A program made the translations under genes and the position numbers. The notes under the pieces were generated by a model. It searched no databases and was not told the origin of the DNA. It saw nothing but the letters and a program-made list of their open reading frames with translations. 64,000 nt of DNA from Chloroflexota bacterium. GTDB taxonomy: Bacteria > Chloroflexota > Chloroflexia > Chloroflexales > Herpetosiphonaceae. This document shows positions 58,660-64,000 of the stretch, piece after piece. Every line of letters begins with the position of its first letter. Within the stretch, counting starts at the first letter, position 1. The DNA lies in NCBI GenBank assembly GCA_020161265.1, contig JAIUOC010000003.1, forward strand, positions 107,024 to 171,023, written 5' to 3'.

Positions 58660-59196
58660 ATGAGTGATGAGTTTGTGGCGTTTCCCAAAATTGCGCGGCT
58701 TTCGCGCCAAGTGATTGTGACCGAGAAAATTGATGGCACGAATGCCTGTATTGCAATCGATGAACAAGGCCAGATTCGGGCTGGCAGCCGTAGCCAATGG
58801 TTAACCGTGGAGAACGATAATTATGGCTTTGCGGCCTGGGTTGCGGTCAACCACAATGTTTTGCTTGAATTAGGCGTGGGCACGCACCATGGCGAGTGGT
58901 TTGGCCACCGAATTGGCAAGCGCCAATATGGCTTGAATGAACGGCGTTTTGCCTTGTTCAATACTTCGCGCTGGAATGCCGAGAATCGGCCTGCTTGCTG
59001 TGAGGTTGTGCCAGTGCTCTACGATGGCGTATTTGATACTGCCAAGATTGATGCATGCTTAGAAGATTTACGGCTCAATGGTAGCCGCATGGTTGCGGGA
59101 TTCATGCAGCCTGAGGGTGTGATTATCTATCATACTGCTGCTAATATTTTTTTCAAAAAGACCATGCCCAATGATGGAGCCAAGGGTAAAACCTAA
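58660..59196 (+). CDS. Minimal ATP-dependent RNA-ligase-like nucleotidyltransferase (178 aa)
   Basis: Covalent nucleotidyltransferase motif I EKIDGTN (K-x-D-G), motif III-like HGEWFG, motif IV-like PEGVIIYH, motif V-like FFKK. Confidence 0.6.
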   Translation: MSDEFVAFPKIARLSRQVIVTEKIDGTNACIAIDEQGQIRAGSRSQWLTVENDNYGFAAWVAVNHNVLLELGVGTHHGEWFGHRIGKRQYGLNERRFALFNTSRWNAENRPACCEVVPVLYDGVFDTAKIDACLEDLRLNGSRMVAGFMQPEGVIIYHTAANIFFKKTMPNDGAKGKT

Positions 59197-59338
59197 AATA
59201 CGCTAGTTTATCAGCTGGGCAAACGTTGCTGATCGAGCACACTAAACCCGTCATTAACCATTCTGGGCTAGGCTTTTGACTAGCGGCTTGAATGGTTGAT
59301 GACGGGTTTGGATGTTTAGTGCTGAATTAACCGTACAA

Positions 59339-59704
59339 CTAAGCTTCGTCGTGCGAAACCCACCATGCCAACCAAATGAGTAAGGGTTGAAACGGCAAAC
59401 GCAGCCATAACAGGAGTGGTCGTTGTTTGCCAAATAAGGCTGGGTTTTGCTTGAGCATTTGAATATTAGCCGGAAAAACCGCCAAATACAACGCCATCAA
59501 GCCTAAGCCAGCCTTACGGCGCACCCCTGGCAACAACAAGCCTAGCCCACCTAAAATCTCAAACAAACCGCTGAGATAAACTAGGCTGCGCGGGCGTGGC
59601 AACGAAGGTGGTACAATCTTGATGAAGGGCTTAGGATTGGTAAAGTGTAAAACGCCCACCAACACCATAAAACTCGCCAACAACCCACGAACCAAACGTT
59701 TCAT
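59339..59704 (-). CDS. DoxX-family membrane protein
   Basis: Four TM helices, 121 aa, DoxX-like pattern. Confidence 0.7.
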   Translation of the reverse strand: MKRLVRGLLASFMVLVGVLHFTNPKPFIKIVPPSLPRPRSLVYLSGLFEILGGLGLLLPGVRRKAGLGLMALYLAVFPANIQMLKQNPALFGKQRPLLLWLRLPFQPLLIWLAWWVSHDEA

Positions 59705-59708
59705 TGCA

Positions 59709-60695
59709 CTACCCCATTGGATGGCGAATCGCCGACGAATATTGGCCAGTTAAATAATGCTCTAATTGACGCTCAATATCGCCTAGCAATGCACTCGCAC
59801 CATAGCGAAACAAATGTGGATGCAGCCATTGATCGCCGAGTTCTTCCTTGATCAACGCCAGCCAATCCAACGATTGTTTAGCAGTTCGGATGCCACCAGC
59901 AGGCTTAAAGCCAACTTTATAGCCGGTTTGCTCATGGTAATCGCGAATCGCCCGAACCATGACCAACGAAACTGGCAAGGTGGCGTTGACTGGCTCTTTG
60001 CCAGTCGAAGTTTTAATAAAATCAGCGCCCGCCAACATACAAACCAGGCTGGCCTGCGCAATATTGCGCAAGGTTCCGAGCTCGCCTGTGGCCAAAATTG
60101 TTTTCATATGGGCTTCGCCGCATGCTTCACGAAAGGCTCGCACTTCATCATATAAGCCTTGCCAATCGCCGTTGAGCACAAGATGGCGTGAAATCACAAT
60201 ATCAATTTCACGAGCGCCAGCAGCAACCGAAGCCTCGATCTCACGCAAGCGTAACTCCATGGGGGATAACCCTGCGGGGAAGCCAGTTGATACTGCGGCA
60301 ACCGGAATGGCCGTACCTTGGAGTGATTGTACTGCCGTGGCAACAAAGGTATGGTAGACACAGACAGCGCCAACTGTCAAATTGAGGCCGCGAATGCCGA
60401 GCGCATCGACCAAATCGCCACGAATTGGTTGCCGAGCTTTTAAACATAAACGCTGGACAGTGCCAACCGTATCATCACCTGAAAGGGTGGTTAAGTCCAT
60501 ACAGCTAATCGCTTTTAACAGCCAAGCCGCCTGCCAATCCTTTTTAACTGTGCGTCGATTTGGCAAGCTACTCACGCGGCGCTCCACCGCTGAGCGATTG
60601 ACGCGAATACTATTGACCCAGCCAAGGTCGAGCGGGCTGATGGGGTTACGTTGTTCGTGCGTCATTGCCGTGACACGCTCCACTTCGGTTTGCAT
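59709..60695 (-). CDS. deoC: Deoxyribose-phosphate aldolase, long eukaryote-like form
   Basis: Near-colinear with human DERA (RRTVKKDWQAAWLLKAISCMDLTTLSGDDT; FIKTSTGKEPVNATL with Schiff-base Lys; KPAGGIR). Confidence 0.9.
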   Translation of the reverse strand: MQTEVERVTAMTHEQRNPISPLDLGWVNSIRVNRSAVERRVSSLPNRRTVKKDWQAAWLLKAISCMDLTTLSGDDTVGTVQRLCLKARQPIRGDLVDALGIRGLNLTVGAVCVYHTFVATAVQSLQGTAIPVAAVSTGFPAGLSPMELRLREIEASVAAGAREIDIVISRHLVLNGDWQGLYDEVRAFREACGEAHMKTILATGELGTLRNIAQASLVCMLAGADFIKTSTGKEPVNATLPVSLVMVRAIRDYHEQTGYKVGFKPAGGIRTAKQSLDWLALIKEELGDQWLHPHLFRYGASALLGDIERQLEHYLTGQYSSAIRHPMG

Positions 60696-60837
60696 AGTTC
60701 ATCCTTGGGGTCGAAATTGTACATCGACCCATACTGGTTGTTATCAAATCGTCATCCACAATGCGGATCATTTCGCTGATAATACCATAAGCTTTTGTGC
60801 TTAGTGTAATTGCGCAATTAAAAGGAGTTGATTGAGA

Positions 60838-61553
60838 TGACAACAATTCGCCATTCAGTTGAAGCCACGGTTAGTCGGATGGTGCTACGCACGCTGCGCG
60901 AACGCGCCCAGCTAGCGGGCTTACCTCAAGCCCGTAATGATGCCGCCCGCGCCTTGGCTGCCTTGCTTGATCAAACGATCACTGAACAGATAAGTTTAGA
61001 TCAGCTTCAACGCCAAGCTCAACAAGCGATCGAAGCAGGAATTGGCTGCTTGGTTGTGCCATTGGAGCAAGCTGAACTCTGGGTTGATGCGACTGCTGGC
61101 AGCGGGCTACGGATCGGTGTGGCGGCCCATACCCGCGAACAGGCTGAGCATGCACTACGGCTTGGGGTTACCGAAATTGAATTAATTGTGCCTCAACCGA
61201 TCATTGGAGATGCGGAGTATTTAGAAACATGGCTCAGCGAAATGTTGCCGCGTTCATATGATCCCAAGCCATTGCTTAAACTCAACTTAACTGCCTGCAA
61301 TCATCACCAAATCTTGCTCCGCGCCTGTGCTCAAGCAGCTACCCACGATTTGGATCTCGTGACCGTGCCAGCTGAACTTGTCGCCGATGTGCGCCGCACG
61401 ATCAATTCGGCCATGGGGATTAAAGTTGAGTTTGTGCATGATCTGGCTCAGGCACGCGCCTTATTGACTAATGGGTGTACCCGTTTGGGCACAACGGTTG
61501 CCAGCGAATTATTGCTCGCAGCCCACGTTAAACCAGATGTGCCGTCGTTGTGA
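60838..61553 (+). CDS. Hypothetical protein, possibly a TIM-barrel aldolase-like protein
   Basis: Alternating beta/alpha pattern; no catalytic motif recognised. Confidence 0.45.
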
Positions 61554-61559
61554 CGGCAC

Positions 61560-61870
61560 ATCCTAGCGTTAAGTTAATAACTTAATCCTGCCAAAGGGCC
61601 AAAACCGCGAAAGGCACGCAGTTATTTTTGCCACGAATTGCACGAATGACACGAATGATCATTATTTTAGCCACAGATTGACACAGATGTTGATGGTTGT
61701 GGTACTGTTCCCACCGTGCATCACTCCATTTCTGCTGCCCATACTGACCCCTGAATCCTAGCCCTGCTATTTTGCCTTTTGTCTTATGCATTTTGATATT
61801 CATCCTTCATCCTTCATCCTTCATCCTTTCAGATTATAATAGGCCTATCGTCCCGCACTTTGTTTTGGGA
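61560..61870. repeat. Mosaic intergenic repeat element, copy G
   Basis: AACCGCGAAAGGCACG, TTTTTGCCACGAATTGCACGAATGACACGAATGA, TTTTAGCCACAGATTGACACAGATG, CTGACCCCTGAATCCTAGCCC, CATCCTTCATCCTTCATCCTTCATCC. Confidence 0.8.
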
Positions 61871-61878
61871 GGCTTAAG

Positions 61879-62652
61879 ATGAATCAATTTGATGATGTAC
61901 GCGCCGTGTTATGCGATATGGATGGGGTTTTAGTTCACGGCGCACAAATTATCCCTGGCGCACCGGAGTTTTTGGGTCGGCTACGGGCTTCAGGCCGTAA
62001 ATTTTTAGTTTTGACCAATAATTCAATTTATACTCCCCGCGATTTACAGGCCCGTTTGGCTCGCATCGGCCTGCCGCTCGAAATTGAAGATATTTATACT
62101 TCAGCCCTTGCTACTGCCAAATTTCTTGATTCGCAACGCCCAAATGGCACGGCTTTTGTGATTGGCGAGGCAGGCCTGACCAATGCGCTCTACGATGTTG
62201 GCTACACCATGACTGAGCACGATCCCGATTATGTGGTGATTGGCGAAACCACCTCGTATAGTTTTGAGCGCATCACCCAAGCTGTGCGTTTTGTCGCCGC
62301 TGGCTCACGTTTGATTGGCACCAATCCTGATGTTTCGGGGCCATCGGAGCGCGGAATTTTGCCCGCATGTGGGGCAGTTGTGGCGTTAATTCGCGCTGCG
62401 ACCAACGCCGAAGCCTATTTTGTGGGCAAGCCCAACCCAGTAATGATGCGTACCGCTTTGCGCACCATCGACTCGCACGCTGCCGAAGCCATGATGATTG
62501 GCGACCGTATGGATACCGACATTATCGGCGGAACCGAGTCAGGCATGCGTACAGCCTTGGTGCTTTCGGGCATGATGACGCGTCTTGATGCCGAGCGCTA
62601 TCCTTATCGTCCAACCGCAATTATTGAATCAGTCGCTGAATTATTCAATTAA
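61879..62652 (+). CDS. HAD-IIA family hydrolase (NagD-like)
   Basis: DMDGVL motif I, LTNNS motif II, GDRMDTDI motif IV. Confidence 0.8.
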   Translation: MNQFDDVRAVLCDMDGVLVHGAQIIPGAPEFLGRLRASGRKFLVLTNNSIYTPRDLQARLARIGLPLEIEDIYTSALATAKFLDSQRPNGTAFVIGEAGLTNALYDVGYTMTEHDPDYVVIGETTSYSFERITQAVRFVAAGSRLIGTNPDVSGPSERGILPACGAVVALIRAATNAEAYFVGKPNPVMMRTALRTIDSHAAEAMMIGDRMDTDIIGGTESGMRTALVLSGMMTRLDAERYPYRPTAIIESVAELFN

Positions 62653-62703
62653 ACAACAAATGTCCGCTGGGATTAATCAGCGGACATTTGATTTAATGCT
62701 TAT

Positions 62704-63570
62704 TTAGACAGCGACTTTGGCGCTTGCCCCAACGCTGACCGTTTGTTCGCCCAATGCTTCGGCCAAAGTATTGGCATCGATCACGCTACTATTAGCGGCA
62801 GTTGGGAAACTGCGTTCGCGGACTTCATGGGCATATTGTTTCAGCGCTTGCTCAATTGTGCTGCCCAAATCGGCATAGCGCTTGGTGTGGCGCGGCAGAT
62901 GATCGCTATACAAGCCCAAAATATCGTGCCAAACTTGCACTTCGCCATCACAACCGACCCCCGCCCCAATTCCAATCGTCGGAATATGCAAGCGAGCAGT
63001 GATTGCTTTAGCCAAGGCTGCTGGAATTAACTCCAACACTATTGCGAAGGCTCCAGCCGCTTCAAGCGCCAAGGCATCGTCGAGCAACTGACGGGCATGG
63101 GCCACGGTTTTGCCCTGCACCCGCATGCCAATTTGATTGACTGATTGCGGGGTAAAACCCAAGTGACCCATCACCGGAATGCCCAAATCGACCAAGCGGC
63201 GCACGGTGGGAGCCATATTCACGCCACCTTCGAGCTTGACCGCGCCACAACCACCAATCTGCATCAATTTACCAGCATTTTGGATGGCCTGCTCAGGGCT
63301 GGTATAGCTCAAAAATGGTAAATCGCCAACAACCAGCGCTTTGCTACTGCCACGCATCACAGCTTTGGTGTGATAAACCATTTCATCGATGGTTACCGGC
63401 ACAGTTGAACTATTGCCTTGAATCACCATTCCCAGCGAATCGCCGACCAAAATCAAGGGAATATCGGTGCGATCGACCAGTTGGGCGCTGGTGTAATCGT
63501 AGGCCGTAACCATCACCAAGCGTTCGCCCCGATCTTTCATCCGTTGAATATCGCTCAATTGTGTACGCAT
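62704..63570 (-). CDS. panB: 3-methyl-2-oxobutanoate hydroxymethyltransferase (ketopantoate hydroxymethyltransferase)
   Basis: PanB motifs: [27 protein letters not shown]. Confidence 0.9.
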   Translation of the reverse strand: MRTQLSDIQRMKDRGERLVMVTAYDYTSAQLVDRTDIPLILVGDSLGMVIQGNSSTVPVTIDEMVYHTKAVMRGSSKALVVGDLPFLSYTSPEQAIQNAGKLMQIGGCGAVKLEGGVNMAPTVRRLVDLGIPVMGHLGFTPQSVNQIGMRVQGKTVAHARQLLDDALALEAAGAFAIVLELIPAALAKAITARLHIPTIGIGAGVGCDGEVQVWHDILGLYSDHLPRHTKRYADLGSTIEQALKQYAHEVRERSFPTAANSSVIDANTLAEALGEQTVSVGASAKVAV

Positions 63571-63589
63571 GGTAGCTCCTTTGCTTGGT

Positions 63590-63765
63590 TGATAATTTAA
63601 ATAGAGGGCTGAAACCGCGAAGAACGCGAAGAGCGCGAAGTTAAGTTTTTAGCCACAGCTTTGCTTGATTATGCTCTTATGCTTATTCCCTGATCCCTAG
63701 CCCCTGACCACTGACCCCTACTTCCTATGCTCTATGTTCTTTGCTCTATGTTCTCAATAACGGTT
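63590..63765. repeat. Mosaic intergenic repeat element, copy H
   Basis: AACCGCGAAGAACGCGAAGAGCGCGAAG, TTTTTAGCCACAGCTTTG, CCTGATCCCTAGCCCCTGACCACTGACCCC, CTATGCTCTATGTTCTTTGCTCTATGTTCT supplying the last codons and TAG stop of the upstream gene. Confidence 0.85.
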
Positions 63766-64000
63766 GAGTCGCCTCGATGCAGGCGCGATACAAACTGGCA
63801 ATATCCGGGGCATTGGCATCTAAGGCTTGGAGATGGCGCTCGACCGTGCCATAATCGCCACGAGCCAATGGGCCAGTTAATGCTTGGGGCAGGCCGACGC
63901 GAGCCAAATTTTCAACGTTATCGCGCAATAAAGGCACGAGTGCTTGTAATGCTTCTTGGCCTGACCAACCACAAAGTTGCAATAAATCGACTGCTCGGGC
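63746..64000 (-). CDS. C-terminal part of a Rossmann/DUF2520-like oxidoreductase (possible PanG-type ketopantoate reductase); 5' end beyond window
   Basis: C-terminal LTGPLARGD motif of DUF2520/ProC-like C-domain; adjacent to panB. Confidence 0.45.
   Translation of the reverse strand, partial: ARAVDLLQLCGWSGQEALQALVPLLRDNVENLARVGLPQALTGPLARGDYGTVERHLQALDANAPDIASLYRACIEATQPLLRT

Noticed and set aside
13196-63765. CRISPR array considered because of many short recurring words (GGGGTCAGGGGCTAGGG etc.)
   Set aside because: The repeats are not regularly spaced identical direct repeats separated by unique spacers. They are heterogeneous words in varying order and orientation scattered over eight intergenic sites, and no cas genes are present.

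Overview
This 64 kb window looks like a bacterial chromosome segment, roughly 50% GC overall. Gene content (a LysW-type alpha-aminoadipate lysine cluster, long-insert beta-prime, PspA, many glycosyltransferases) suggests a Chloroflexota-like lineage, possibly Herpetosiphon-like; that is inference only. The window opens with the 3' end of rpoB, then a free-standing LAGLIDADG homing-endonuclease ORF in the rpoB-rpoC spacer, then a 1543-aa rpoC. After that come envelope and stress genes: gmhA-gmhB-ybjQ, two tandem tail-anchored Ser/Thr kinases, GT4 glycosyltransferases, a LysM protein divergent from pspA, and a fused double-ATPase ECF/CbiO-type ABC protein. Next is an AT-rich, probably foreign, lipoprotein gene, then a 973-aa P-loop NTPase-TPR-SARP regulator and mscL. 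A complete ten-gene LysW-dependent lysine (AAA-pathway) cluster follows (lysK-lysJ-lysZ-lysY-lysX-lysW, homoisocitrate dehydrogenase, homoaconitase small and large subunits, homocitrate synthase). Upstream of it sit a sigma70-like promoter, a Lys-codon leader ORF and an intrinsic terminator. The remainder carries tandem CAP-domain secreted proteins, a hybrid histidine kinase, dnaK, a secreted S1 protease, an orphan beta-class DNA methyltransferase overlapping an HD-GYP gene, a protein with perfect 69-bp tandem repeats, htpG, a minimal RNA-ligase-like nucleotidyltransferase, a eukaryote-like long-form deoC, and panB. The most striking non-genic signal is a family of at least eight mosaic, partly palindromic intergenic repeat elements (about 170-330 bp each). 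They are assembled from a shared vocabulary of short words (GATCCACGAAGnnCACGAAG, CCTAGCCCCTGACCCC, GGGGATCGG, CCTATAGCCTATAGCC, CTCTGCGCCTCTGCGTTAAA, CTATGCTCTATGTTCT, CATCCTTCATCC, TTTTAGCCACGAATTGCACGAAT). They sit immediately 3' of genes and twice supply the last codons and stop codon of a gene. No CRISPR array, rRNA or convincing tRNA was seen.
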